Below, one piece after another: positions 1-12,996 of a DNA stretch of 64,000 nucleotides. The position numbers and the translations under genes were made by a program. Under the pieces are notes generated by a model. It worked only from the letters and a program-made list of their open reading frames with translations, ran no database searches and was not told the DNA's origin. The stretch is from Octopus vulgaris (Eukaryota): positions 31,310,001 through 31,374,000 of the forward strand of contig OX597831.1 in the NCBI GenBank assembly GCA_951406725.2, read 5' to 3'. Every line of letters starts with the position of its first letter. Positions within the stretch are counted from its first letter, which is position 1.

Positions 1-176
1 GGGGGAGGGAATGAGTCGATTATATCGACCCCAGTGTTCAACTGGTACTTATTTTATCGACCCCGAAAGGATGAAAGGCAAAATCGACCTCGGTGAAATT
101 TGAACTCAGAAGATAGCGAAGGGCGAAATACGGATGAGCATTTCATCCAGGGCGCTAACGATTCTGCTGGTTTGCC
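1..176 (-). mobile_element. SINE family A (tRNA-derived, Meta-domain-like core), partial
   Basis: Reverse complement of GCCTTTCATCCTTTCGGGGTCGATAAA...GTACCAGTT core shared with many copies in the window. Confidence 0.8.
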
Positions 177-959
177 ATTTTGCACATACGTACAAATAAT
201 GACATACATTTATGCATACATACATATGGTCGTCTGCTTTTGAAAACAAGAGAAAGTAAAGCTGCTGCCTTTCTTTCGTGTCCTTCTGAACAGTAACCGC
301 CATCTGGTTATATGGTTTTCATCTGTTACAAACCTCTCACTCATTCCTTCCCTCTTCCTTCTGGACAGTAACGACTAAACCCTTCTTACCTATAATCAAG
401 TATAGTCGTACATCACAGAAAGCTGCTTTTATTTCTTCTCAACTTTCCTCGCGTTAACGTCAACATATATGCATATCAATGAAGAAACACATCGTAAACA
501 TCCTGTATTGCGAAATATGGTTTCATTCAACAGCTATAAAACACAATCATTAAACATACCAAGTTAGCAACAGGCCATTACGGCCTCCGCATTCATAAAT
601 ACTAACCATATTAAATCCTACACATTTTCTACAAATACTAAGCCCGAATCTCAAGGCGAACTGTTTTGATAGTTGTCAGCTCTACATTGTAATCATTAGG
701 CCTTTTTCTTTCTTTCACAACTGAACAAAATTACATCTCTAAACAGCTGTTATCATTTAGTAAACACAAATAAGTCTTGGAGTACTGGCCAGAAATTTGG
801 GACTGTGCAGCCGCTACTTATATGCAAATATTCTGTACTATATGCATTAAAAGGCCTTCTGCATGATTGATGAACTACCATTCATCAACGCTCTAAAACC
901 AAAGGCCAAATCATAACTGATGTCTGTCTTTTCGATTGCAACAAATATCTTTTATCCTT

Positions 960-1345
960 TCTTTTACTTGTTTCAGTCATTTGACTGCGGTCATAATGGA
1001 TCACCACCTTGAAGTATTTTAGTCGAACAAATCTGCCCCAGGACTTATCTTTTTAAGCCTTGTACTTATTCTATCGTTATCGTATTGCCGAACCGCTACG
1101 TTACGGGACGTAAATATACCAACAGTGGTTGTCAAGCGGAGGTGGGGGACAAACACAAACACATACACACGCGCGCGCACGCACATATGAAGGGCTTCTT
1201 TCAGTTTCCGTCTACCAAACTCACTCACAACGCCTTGGTCGGCCCGAGTCTATAGCAGAAGGCACTTGTCCGAGGTGCCTCGCAGTGGAACTGAACCCAG
1301 AACCGTCTGGTAGGGAAAGGAATTTCTTACCATGCAGCCACGCCT
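960..1345 (-). mobile_element. SINE family B (tRNA head, CORE-like CTTGGGCAAGTG segment, internal microsatellite)
   Basis: Aligns to copies at 6552, 20533 and 41569; tail ...GCAGTCAAATGACTGAAACAAGTAAAAG. Confidence 0.8.
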
Positions 1346-2289
1346 GTGAACTTATAAAACTTGTATCACCTCCACCAAAACAACCCCCATACAAACATCA
1401 CCATGAAGCATACATATAGTCACTGACCAGCTAGAAATAGAAAACAAATCTTCAAAAAGGGAGCGTTTGTATCCAGGGTAACGGAACATTAGATATATCA
1501 TACTTTAAAAAGACGAGATAGTGACAGCTAAAATGTATTTACTCTATCCTACCAAAGCTGACCTAAAGCTAAACCACAGCCACAACGAAATACATTTGTC
1601 TTTTCTTATCAACCCAATAGACATCCATTTTCTCGTTTTTATAAACTCTTTTCTCAATCATTTCATCTGTAAAATGTGCAGGAAAATTTTATACCAGAGA
1701 CGAGTCTTAGGAACATAAAATCTGGAGAAATATTTTTGCCAAGAAAAATAATGTATTTTTAATTTTACAAATTCATAGACATGTAACTTAAATTCACGTT
1801 TTAGACTAGAGGCTTAATCTGCTTTTTATACTTAGGTTTTTAAAAAATTCCTTCAGTGAGATGTTTCGAATTGGAATGGGGGAGAAATTTTGCCAGGAGC
1901 CGAAATGTTTCCCATAAACATATCTAAAAATGCTCACTTCTTCCTGTAAATTATTGATCCAAATATATTCAGTCTCAAAAATCGGCGGCATTGGCCTCAC
2001 TGGTCAAATATAGCTTTCAACATCTTTACTACTGTCCGTATATTCAGACTATCATGTTTGCCAATAAAGGGATAATACGTGAACAGTCACTTTTGGCGGC
2101 GTTTCTTCCCGCTCTTTACGTTCTGAGTTCAAATTCCGCCGGGGTCGACTTCACCTTCCATCTTTTTCGGAGTTGATAAAATAGGTACCAATTAAGCACT
2201 GGAGTTGATGTAATCGACGAGCCCCTTTCCCTCCAAATTGCTGGCCTTGTGCCTAAATTTGAAACCATCATCATTCATCATCATCATTC

Positions 2290-3075
2290 ATATACGCTCA
2301 ACAGATTAGACTATTGGAAAAGAAAGCAATCCTAACATCGGGCTATAACAAGTTGCCTTAGATGCCAAGAACACTCCTATCGGGTTACAGCAAGTAACCT
2401 TAGATGCCAAGAACCCTCCTAAATATTCTAACTCTCCCTAATAACACTGTTTTTTTGCAGTTTTATGCCTATTTTGGGTTTTATGCCTATTTTGGGTTTT
2501 ATGCCTATTTCCTCTATCCATCTGTTCTGATCTTTAAGGATAGTTCCCAATGCACCTATAACTACTGGAATACATTTTACCCGCACTTTCCATAGTCTCT
2601 GTAATTCGATAGCTAGGTCCTGGTACTTTGCTATTTTCTCTATACTTCTCATATTAATTTTTTCATCATTTGAAACTGTAAAGTCAATTATCTGGCACTT
2701 TCTATTCTCCTTATCTACTACTACCAAAACAGGTCTTCTAGCTTTTTCCGTAAGCTGTCAGTTCAGTTTTCCATCCCACCATACTTCTCTTCAGGAAACA
2801 CGTTACATACCTCGCAATTCCAAACAGATCTAAGCACTCGAATATTCACGAATGTGGAATCATATCATAAGCATTGCGATAGTCAGTGCAAGCCATTCCC
2901 AGATTTGTTCTCCTTCGTTTATAATCTTGCATTACCATTTTGTCTATCAATAGTTGATCTTTGGTACTTCTGCATCTCCTACAGCCTTTTTGTTCCGACG
3001 GTAATATATCGTTCTCAACAAGAAATTTATGCAGTTCTTCGGCAGTTCCTCCTGACAGTAACTTCCACATCAATG
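2290..3075 (-). pseudogene. R4/Dong-like non-LTR retrotransposon remnant (RT fragment joined to restriction-like endonuclease)
   Basis: ORF 2846-3073 [15 protein letters not shown]...[12 protein letters not shown] (RT motifs); ORF 2428-2727 IIDFTV..D....EKIAKYQDLAIELQRLW...IPVVIGALG (RLE domain). Confidence 0.8.
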
Positions 3076-3082
3076 GGAGGCA

Positions 3083-3088
3083 TTATTA

Positions 3089-3161
<73 letters not shown>

Positions 3162-3662
3162 TATTATTATTATTATTATTCCTTCTTTCTTCTAATTTTC
3201 TTCCGTTTCCCGCCGAGTGTTTTCCGTACGCCTAGGGCAGAGAAGCTCATTGTATGCATTCCCAGATTACGCACGCAAATTCACAGGTAAAATATGTATT
3301 TAAAAATTTAATAAATAAATAAATTCATGAATGGATGTTGTTTTCACAGCGATAATGCTCTTCTCAGTACATGAGCCGTTCCAGTTAATATGATTTTTTG
3401 CACTTCCTGTAGGGATGGCAAGCCTGGTATCATTTCAAATAGGTTTCAGTACCTTTTTTTTTAATCATTCCTAGAGATCCTACAATCCCTGGTACTGTAG
3501 TCGCCTTGAGATGCCACATTTTTTCAAATTCTATTAGCTAGTCTTTATATTTACTGACCTTGTCAAATTCTTTCGCCGCGATATTTTGATCGCAAGGAAT
3601 ACTCATGTCAATAAATAAACGCACCTTTTTTGCCTGATTTTTTATAATAATATCCGGTTTAT
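3083..3662 (-). mobile_element. Second R4/Dong-like 3' end with (AAT)n tail
   Basis: Minus frame KPDIIIKNQAKKVRLFIDMSIPCDQNIAAKEFDKVSKYKD*LIEFEKMW...IVGSLG, then 3'UTR and (TAA)n at 3083-3180; the same 3'UTR recurs at ~8320-8450, with a related one at ~53960-54080. Confidence 0.75.
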
Positions 3663-3675
3663 TAGCTTATTATTA

Positions 3676-3725
<50 letters not shown>

Positions 3726-4340
3726 TCATCCTTTCGGGGATGATAAAGTAGATACCATTTGCGCACTGGAATCGATGATATCGACTTACCCCTTCCCCTA
3801 AAATTGCTAAAATTACTGTTATTGTTGTTGTTGTTGTTGCTGTCATGTAGCTCTAAATTAACTTTAATCACACATACCTAATGCACTCAGAAGTACATTA
3901 TCCAATATGTCATTCCACCCTATTCCGCCCTCTTTTTTTTTTCCTTCTCCATACTTACTAAATCTCCTCACCTACATACTCTTGCTCTAAAAACACTGCA
4001 CCCACCTAATCCATCCGCATCTCCCTCTAATGATATCCCCTCTTCCTTCTTCTCAACCGTGAAACATGTTATACGCAACAATTTTTTTTTCTCTACCGTA
4101 GAATTTCTAACCGAAGCAACGACTACATCGACCGCACCAATCTCCGGGTCTGAGGTAGTGGCGAGGCTTGAAAGGTCTATGAGCACTTCTCTTCATCAGG
4201 GTAATTATTTACAGAATAATTATTTTCCAAAAAAAAAAAAAAAAATTCTCCCATCCCTTTTCGTTTGATGCCTCTTCCCGCAACTTAGATTATAATTCCT
4301 CATCTCCATCATCTTAGTCTCTCCCTCACTCTCTCTCTCT

Positions 4341-4386
<46 letters not shown>

Positions 4387-4882
4387 ATCTATCTATCTAT
4401 CAATTTCATTCTCGCACCATTTCACACTCTAACTTTCCTTACTCTCTTTTGCTCCTTCGCTTTCTCCCCCACCGCAGTCTCTTTCACTTCCACTTGAAGA
4501 GAACTTCCACCCATCGCAGGCAAAGTCCCCGTCCCCATCGTCGATATAAATGGCCTCAGGCAAGGAGGTTTGCTGCTTCTAATTAGCAAACATTTCATCG
4601 GTGTAATGACGTCAGAGAAATCTAAGCATGATGGCAAATGCAGTATGAGCGCGTGTTGTGCGTTCGTATTTCTTAATGTGTATGTGTGTGTATGCGAGTA
4701 TATGTATGTATATTTGTGTGTGTGTGTGTGTGTGTGCGTGCGTGTGTATATATATGTGTATATATACATACATACAAATATTTACATATGATATGTGTGT
4801 GTGTTTGCGTGCGTACTTTTCTAAGTAAACTTGTATGAAGAAAAAGATATTTTGTGCATGTGTTTATAATACGAGGTGATTG

Positions 4883-4997
4883 TATAGACAGACAGACAGA
4901 CAGACAGACAGATAGACAGACAGACAGACAGACAGACAAACAGGCAGAAAGACAGACAGACAGACAGACAAACAGACAAACAGGCAGAAAGACTGAC

Positions 4998-5062
<65 letters not shown>
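4883..5062. repeat. (GACA)n/(GATA)n compound microsatellite
   Basis: Direct inspection. Confidence 0.95.
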
Positions 5063-5063
<1 letters not shown>

Positions 5064-5352
5064 ATATGCATAGTTTTTCTCTTTCACTGTCTCTGTTTCT
5101 CTCACCTTCACGTGCACACACATCAACACGTACACACGCACACACACAGTGAGAGAAAAGGAGAAAGAGAGAGAGAGAGAGAGAGAGAAAAGGAGAAAGA
5201 GAACGAAAAATAAGAAAAATATGGGATAAACTTACATGTATTTGTTTTAGTAAACACATTTTTAGCATTGCTGTGAAATGTTGACACCGTGGCCACAATG
5301 AGGCCCAAACTGCATGTTTATTAAAAAGACCCCCGTAAATTTACCTTATAGA

Positions 5353-6186
5353 TAGGTGCATTACATCAAAAGATTGTGTTTCCCTCCGGAAACAGTTCTG
5401 CAACCATAGGATGAATTTGATTAGATAAAATGCTTCAATAGTCTTGACTGTTAATTCTGCCATGAAGGGAAACCATTGGGCCGGCGGATATCCAGGATAT
5501 AGCACCCCACCCAAATCATCACTGATCTTCCTCCATGTTTAACAGTTGGAAGAAGGCAGTCTGGGTCAAATGCTTCTTTTGGCTGTCTCCACACGTATAC
5601 TCGACCGGTGGTCGGAAATAAGGTAAAGGATGACTCGACTGAGAAAATAACCTTCTTCCACTGCTCAAGGGACCAATTCTATAGGTTTTTTCCCCACTCT
5701 TTGCAACATTTGTTTTTGAAAATAGTGGTTTTCTAATTGCAGCCTTCCCATGAAATCCGGCTTTGTGCAGCTCCCGGTGAACAGCTTTTGTGGAAACTGG
5801 ACTCTCGAGATGGTCATTAAGCTCTGCAGTAATTTGGGGAGCTGTACTTTTGTGATCCTTTCTAACAATTCGCGTAAGAGTCCGACCAGTACTTCTTGAT
5901 ACACCAAACATTTCGGCTGTTTTCGCTAGGCTAGCGCCTGCCATACGAGCACCAACAATTTGACCTCTTTGAAAGTCCGATAGATCTGTCAATTTAATGA
6001 ATTTTAATTACCTTTTCTGATGATATCTGAAAAGAAATAATAGCAATTTTAGCAAAACATATTAAGCAACATTAATAATAAATAAATAAAAACGTAAAAA
6101 ATAAACAAGCTTTTGACGGTTTTATTGCTATTTCAAAATTATGATGCTATGATGCTAGGTATTTACATTATTTTGTCCAACCCCTG
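5353..6186 (-). mobile_element. Tc1-like transposon, degenerate and truncated
   Basis: TDLSDFQRGQIVGARMAGAS...AAIRKPL Tc1 HTH region; terminus TA|CAGGGGTTGGACAAAATAATG at 6186; frameshifts and stops; second TIR not found. Confidence 0.85.
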
Positions 6187-6551
6187 TATATGAACATCGC
6201 TCCTAAAAGCCCTAGACTTCGGAAGACAATTTACTAGAATTAGCGACTTTGATTCTAGAACCGCCGGGATTGACAGGAAATTATTGTTATATCATGATAA
6301 TTCCTATTGAATCAAAAATGAAGATGGGGCTGTTCTCTAAAATTTTTATAGGAAGCTACTATGAGCTGAATTTATGAACTTCATTGGATTATTTATCCCG
6401 AACATTCTCAAGAAGTGCAAATTTTTCCTTGGCTCTAGTTTGTACAGAAACAGTGACCTGTTATTTCAAGCAATAGTAACACCCACACCATGGATAAAAT
6501 CAAGGAAAACGTGATTCTTCAAGGTGCCGAGCTTAAAAAATATATATATCT

Positions 6552-6639
6552 ACGGGAAAGTGTCTTCTGCTTTAGCCCCGGGCCGACCAATGCCTTGTGA
6601 GTGGATTTGGTAGACGAAAACTGAAAGAAGCCTGTCGCA

Positions 6640-6682
<43 letters not shown>

Positions 6683-6912
6683 CTGTGTTTGTGTGTCTGT
6701 GTTTGTCCCCCTAGCATTGCTTGACAACCCATGCTGGTGTGTTTACGTCCCCGTCACTTAGCGGTTCGGCAAAAGAGACCGATAGAATAAGTACTGGGCT
6801 TACAAAGAAAACGTCCCGGGGTCGATTTGCTCGACTAAAGGTGGTGCTCCAGCACGGCCGCAGTCAAATGACTGAAACAAGTAAAAAAAATAAAAGAGAA
6901 AGTAAAGAGTAA
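6552..6912 (+). mobile_element. SINE family B, 5'-truncated
   Basis: Matches family B body and tail. Confidence 0.85.
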
Positions 6913-6965
6913 GTAACAATTAATTTCTTGAATATTACTTAAGTCAAGCTAACGAGGAGAGCATA

Positions 6966-7479
6966 TCTATATATATAAAACTGTAGTTGCGTGAGTGTCT
7001 GACTCCTACGATTTAGATTCCTAACTCCTCCCACATTTTGCGGTGCAGTTTAACTAAATTCGGGTATCTTATAGTTGTGATTCATATCGAGCCCGTCTGA
7101 GCATTAGCGCGCGTCTACGATGAGTCTATGATTTTAAAAATAATTTAACATCATTTTTTATTCCATTTTAATGCATAATTTTTCGTGTGTCGATGGCGGC
7201 GGAGTTGGCGTCTACGGTCACACCTGCACCTGTGTTGCTTTTCCTCCTTCTTCCCTCCCTCGTGAAGCTGTGGGGAAGGGAGTGTAAGGAAATCAACGTC
7301 GTAATGCGTTGTCAAGGAGACCAGCGTTCTTTTAGAACAATGACTTCATGGCTTGAAGACACCAAAACAGAAATGGCTAAGAAAGCCCGAATTGGCATCT
7401 ATAAAGGAAGTAACTCTCTAAAAATGCTTATATAGTTATTTCCCTTACAAACCCGAGCAACGCCGGGCGATACTGCTAG
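6966..7479 (+). mobile_element. Non-autonomous Helitron
   Basis: 5' TC(TATATATATAAAA), 3' hairpin CCCGAGCAACGCCGGG then CTAG, inserted between A and T with no TSD; related copy at 21454-21847. Confidence 0.9.
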
Positions 7480-8858
7480 TGTATTCATATGAATTCAAAC
7501 CATCTCGGGCTATAATTTAAAACTTTGTAGCTGGAATTATCTCCCGTTTATATTTATATAAAGGTATCTTCATGAGAGTCACTCCTTGTTAAAACGGAGC
7601 GCATGCAAAGTTTTAATACGGAGTGGTTTAAATGAGAATGCAGTATATAGGAATGTTCCTTCACCTCCGAGAAAAGGAACGAGAAAAATAATTTAATTTA
7701 ATTCTCTGTTCAGTATAGATGTATCTAATGAGGAGATGTAGGAATATGTTATCTCTTATGTCACACTATTCCCGAAGTAGGCATAAATTATATGAGCTTA
7801 GTGTCCATATTGTTATGCTTAGCAGTTACTCCTCACCAGACGCCAGACGCTATAACATTAAAAAAAACATACATCTGCGCATGTAACCACATACAATTTC
7901 CTAAGTCAATACACCTATCCATTAAATAGATTTTTGCCTTTCAAAGGCAATAGTTTATAGAGCGACATTCACATCACCTGATGGTATTCCAAAGTTCACT
8001 GCCAAATTCTTCGAACAAAGTTTCGCTCAGCATATTCCTCAGGATCGGGGAAAAGAAAGACTCAACTTCCCTTTCCGTCTTTATTCCGATTTTGAAACAG
8101 CCCCTAGATTGAATCGTTACATGTCGGACAAAATTATTTGTGGCGCTTCTTTTTCCGGTCCCTTCTACTTTGAGATGAAATCCCATCGAAACCAACTGCA
8201 CCCGTTATCCCTTCGGGGGTCGATAAAATAAAGCATCAATGAAGTACTGGGATCGATGTTATCGATTTACTGTTACACCTCAATATCGCAGGTTATATGC
8301 CTAAATTAGAAACCATTATTTTTATTTTATTTTCCTTTTTCCTTCAAATTTTCTTCCATTTCTCGCAGAATGTTTTCCGTACACCTAGAGCAGAGAAGCT
8401 CGTTGTATGCATTTCCAGGTTACTCAAGCAAATTCACAGGTAAAATATGTAATATCGTGCTCATCCATAAAAATGAAAAAGAAGGCACCCTCTCCTCTCC
8501 CTTCCATCCACATGTGCGTATATAGACGTGTGCAGGAACCTTTTTTTGTGCGCATGTGTGTGCGAACGTGTATGCGGGTGTGTATATATATTTTTGCGAT
8601 TGTGAGCATGTGTGTGTTTCAAGTGAGGGTGGATGAGTATATACTTTATAGGCGCATGTACGTGGGTGTGCGGGCGCACATGTGTACGTATGGAAATTGC
8701 ACGCTTACGCGAATACTATGAGCATTCTTACTCCCTTACCATTACACCCTCCCCTCACTAAGCGGTCATTCTAATAGCTTTTTTGCCATAATAACGGTCA
8801 ATCACACAGTAATTTCCCTTTGTTTAACGGTCATTTTCAAAGCATTTTTTCGGTGGCC

Positions 8859-8921
8859 GGATAACTGAAGAGATGATGGCGTGGGTTTCCGCCCCGACAT
8901 CCGAAACTCGGAGTTTTTTTC
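8859..8921 (+). ncRNA. Hammerhead-like motif in a probable Penelope-like end fragment (~8720-9026)
   Basis: ggataa-CTGAAGA-GATG...CATC-c-GAAAC-tcgga-GTT-tttttc; stem I imperfect; element ends at (TA)n ~9026. Confidence 0.5.
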
Positions 8922-9038
8922 AGAGCTACCGAATAATTGTCACATATTAAATTTACAGATAAATTCCTCTATTTACATAATATCGAGGTCTCTTTCATTC
9001 TTTTGTTGTCTTACCATTTCTTTCAATATATATATAAA

Positions 9039-9080
<42 letters not shown>

Positions 9081-9754
9081 GAGACAGATAGACAGGAAGA
9101 TACAGTTATATGAAGGAAACAATTATTATAGTCAAATTGGTTTATGAACTATCCTAAAAATTGTATTTTATCTAGTCCTTGCTCCCCAAATAGTCAAATC
9201 ATTGCTTAATACTGGCACGAAACCTTATACTGTATAATATCTGGTCACTAAGTTAAGTTGTCAAATTAAAGTTGACAACGATTATAAGAGAAATAAATGG
9301 AATATTCTAACAGAGCTTGTGGGAGAGAAAAGGATGGCTCTCTCTTACTCTCTCTCCCACTTGCTCTCACTCTCTCCCTTTCTCTCTCTCTCTCACTTTC
9401 TCAACGGGTATTTTGCTGTCAGAGCTGATGATATATCCTATCTGTTCCGACAAATTTACTACAGACTCACTTGGTAAGATAATTACCTTGTCAGAATTTT
9501 TGCGGCATGTTATATGAATTGTGTTGAAAATAGCTGAATACGATAAGCCTTTTATTGATTTTTATTTTTGTGATACTAATAACCACAAGTTTATAAAAGA
9601 AATGATATGGTCAATGATATGAAAACCAGTATATTACTGGTACTCTATTTCATCGATCTTTGAGGAATGCAAGACAGGATTGGACCTTAGAATGTTAAGG
9701 TACTTAAATATAGTAGGATTTTTAACTGAGCATCCTTCCACCACCTCTAGTCTG

Positions 9755-10042
9755 TTTGTTCCTTCTAGAGCCATGCCTGGCTCATAAGGGCCGGTTTCCC
9801 AGTTTCTTGGCGTATAGGTTCCCCATATGGACGGGACACCGGTCCGTCGCAGGTAACCTGCAAGATGCAGGAGCAAAGAGTGAGAGAAAGTTGTGGCGAA
9901 AGAGTCAGCAGAAGTTCGTCCTTACCTTCTGCCGGAGCCGCGTGGAGCTTAGGTGTTTTCGCTCATAAACACACACATTGCCCGGTCTGAGATCCCTCGA
10001 CTGCGAGTCCGCTGCTCTAAACACTAGGCCATGTGCCTCCAC
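9755..10042 (-). mobile_element. SINE family C head with V-domain-like tail
   Basis: Head as 31368-31754; tail GCGACGGACCGG.GTCCC.TCCA; near-identical architecture at 59105-59405. Confidence 0.8.
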
Positions 10043-10524
10043 CTCAACCATGCACTCTGGTGTACAACATATTCGACACATTCGATGACATTGTTTTTGT
10101 TTGACCTGAAAGTAAACCATAATAGAGCAGATTTACTATCAGTGAAGTTCCAACAGGGAATAACCAATTTCTTTTTTATTTTTTCAGGCATAATATATCT
10201 AAAGTGAATTTTTTTCTTAAGATGGGAGGGTTTGCTATTTGAAGATTTTTCCGCTATTTCTTGCAAGTGAAGTAAGCGAGTATCGCGAGCACATAAGTTT
10301 TTCTGCCCGCTGTAATAAAATGTTAGTCATAAAATCGAAATAGCAAGCAAATCTTCCGTACACTTACATCTTAGTGTACTGAAAAAAGGAAGGGCACATA
10401 CATTATTGTAGTTCTAGATATAACGTCTGAAAAAAGACAGGATTATCACGAACGGAGAATTTGATCAGAGATCTATCAAGAGATGAATAGCAACAATCTT
10501 ACAGGAACTTTTCACCTCTTTTGG

Positions 10525-10794
10525 CATTCTTTCTTCTTCTTACAGCATTCACCCGGGGTGGGTTAAGCTGGCTTCATTCATCCTCAATGCTGCATCTCTC
10601 ACAAACGCCGACCAAGCCTGGCGATTTGAGGCTAACGACCGCGTGATCTCCACCCAGTCCTTATTCCAGCGGCGAACGCCGTAGATATGGGGGCCTAGGT
10701 TGGGTTCCAGATCAGCCTTGACTGTCATCAGCCAGATTTTTCGTTGTCCACCACATCGCTTTCGCCAACCCTTTTGGTATTGTTGATAGTCCAC
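10525..10794 (-). pseudogene. RTE-clade LINE 3' end
   Basis: GWRKRCGGQRKIWLMTVKADLEP..GP.IYGVRRWNKDW...LASNRQAWSAFVRD..NEASLTHPG* followed by short (GAA)n tail. Confidence 0.8.
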
Positions 10795-12209
10795 TCAAAC
10801 TTCTCTTAATGCTGTTATGTTGAACTCTTTTGAGTAAATATGTGTTCTAGTAAGATACTGAGGAGTAAAATTCAACAATATCAAATTTAGTAAAACTAGA
10901 GATATGTGTATTATTGATATTATCAATTGAACTAATGCGGTGAGCTGGAGATCATTAGCACGCTGTAGAAAATACTTAACGGCATTTCGACCACCGAAAT
11001 CGACTTTGCTTTTCATCCTTTGGGAATCGATAAAATAAGTACCAGTTGAGCACTGGAGATCTCTCAAAATTTTAGACCTTGGTCAAACTAAGAAAATGCG
11101 TCGTAAAATCATATCGTTCCCATAGCTCTTTTCTCTTAATGTTAAATCTTTTATCGCAAAACCTTTCTGAATTTAACAGAATAACACAACCCTAACGAAT
11201 ATAAATATAAAAATATTTTTTTTAAAGTCACAATCTTAAATTAAGCTATAGCTGTATCACGAATAAGAAACTAGTTTCCTCATTAAAACTGAGGCCACAT
11301 GTTCATGCAGGAACCGTAATACTTATCTATAAGTTAGTCTTGCAATACAGAAGCTATAATTTATGAATTAGTGTATGCTTCGCTAAAACGAATCCAAGTA
11401 AAGGCACATAAGTGATACATAGGTATTACTGAAGGGAAATTCAAGAAAAGACTTCTTCAACGTATTGAAAAGAGAAATGGGAAAAAAAACCAGACGACAC
11501 CATCGGTAATTAAATGTATACTTCTAACTGCAACATTATATTGGAAATAAACAAATGATGAAATTCCCACAATGAAAGCAAAATGTAATCTTTGACCTTC
11601 AGTGTTAAAAAAGAATTCTCAAAATCCTTGTATAAAATTACTGCTATTTGAACACTAGAACAGAAATTTTAAGAAAATGCAGACATTCTGAGAAGCATCT
11701 ATTATATAACTCGCTACTCCACCTTCACCTGACTAATTACACATAATCACATGCATACATACATATTCACTTGCGATTCTTGTCTCATTTTCATTTCTCC
11801 TTGCAATCGCTTCTCTAATTTTTCCTTTCCTTCGTTTCTTTCCTTTATTCTCCCCTTCTATTGGTAAAGTATTGATCTCACGTAAGTCTTTATTCATTTT
11901 CGTTTTGTTCAAACTTTTTCATTTTACTTTTTCTTTGAAATTCATTTACTTCTAAATAGAAATACCTCAGTTCTACAACACAAGAATGATACTTTTCGAA
12001 GTATTTTTTCCAAAATGTGGCTGAATAAACTGCGTAGTTTCAGGATTTTCAATTATAGGAAGAAAATATCATAAATCTCAATAGAGTGATCAGTAGTTCG
12101 TATGATTTTAGCTCTCCTATATCTATCCCTCTTTTCACTTTCTGTCTGTACACACACGCGCGCGCACACACATATTGAGAGAGACTTAAATACACACTTA
12201 TATTAACAT

Positions 12210-12394
12210 ATACATATATATATGCGTGCGTGTGTGTTCATTTGTCTATGTGCATATATACATATATGTATATATATATATATATATACATGTATGTATG
12301 TATATATGCATATATGTATGTATATATGTATGAGTGCAAGTATATGTATGTATATATACATATGTATATATATATGTGTTTGTGTGTGTGTATG

Positions 12395-12427
<33 letters not shown>

Positions 12428-12605
12428 GTATGTGTATATATATGTGTGTGTATGTATATGTATACATATATATATATATATGTATGTATATATGTATGTA
12501 TGTATGTATGTATATATATGTGTGTGTATGTATATGTATACATATATCTTTATACTTTAGTATATGTATGTATGTATGTATGTGCGTGTATGTATATATA
12601 CATAC
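12210..12605. repeat. (TA)n/(TATG)n/(TG)n low-complexity tract
   Basis: Direct inspection. Confidence 0.95.
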
Positions 12606-12996
12606 ATTAGCGTTGTAGAAGCTATCGAGATTTTCAGACAACCGCTACATCTACTTTATTTATTACCATAGACAAAGAAAACTGGTGCTACTTGCCAATT
12701 ATCTCCAGTGAAAATTAATTATCAAGCTGCAACCATATGTTAACTTCTTTCAAGTTAATTTGTAAGTAATACCAATGTTAAGTGCAATATCTTCACGGAA
12801 TCTATATATCTCTTGACACACAGACTTTTCATGGAAAGTGATCTTAAGTTTTTCGTCTATGATATACTAACGCAAAGGCGTTATGGTCGGTGATTTTTAA
12901 AAGTTTTTGATGATATTCGTGATAATGACAGTGATGATGTTGTTGTTGGCACTTTAGGGGGCGATGAAGATAAGCTGATAATCCTGCGGTCAAAGA

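Noticed and set aside
4165-4205. Minus-strand CTGATGA-A-GAG..CTC
   Set aside because: No GAAA, stem III or stem I partner
5519-5992. Active Tc1 transposase CDS
   Set aside because: Internal deletion, frameshifts, no intact DDE and a missing TIR
6478-6530. Minus-strand TTGAAGA-ATCA..TGAT near an ACCATGG palindrome
   Set aside because: GAAAC missing; too degenerate to call
7974-8201. 75-aa ORF as a host exon (likewise 37759-38047)
   Set aside because: No recognisable domain or splice support; at best faint resemblance to decayed L1/Tx1-type 3' ends
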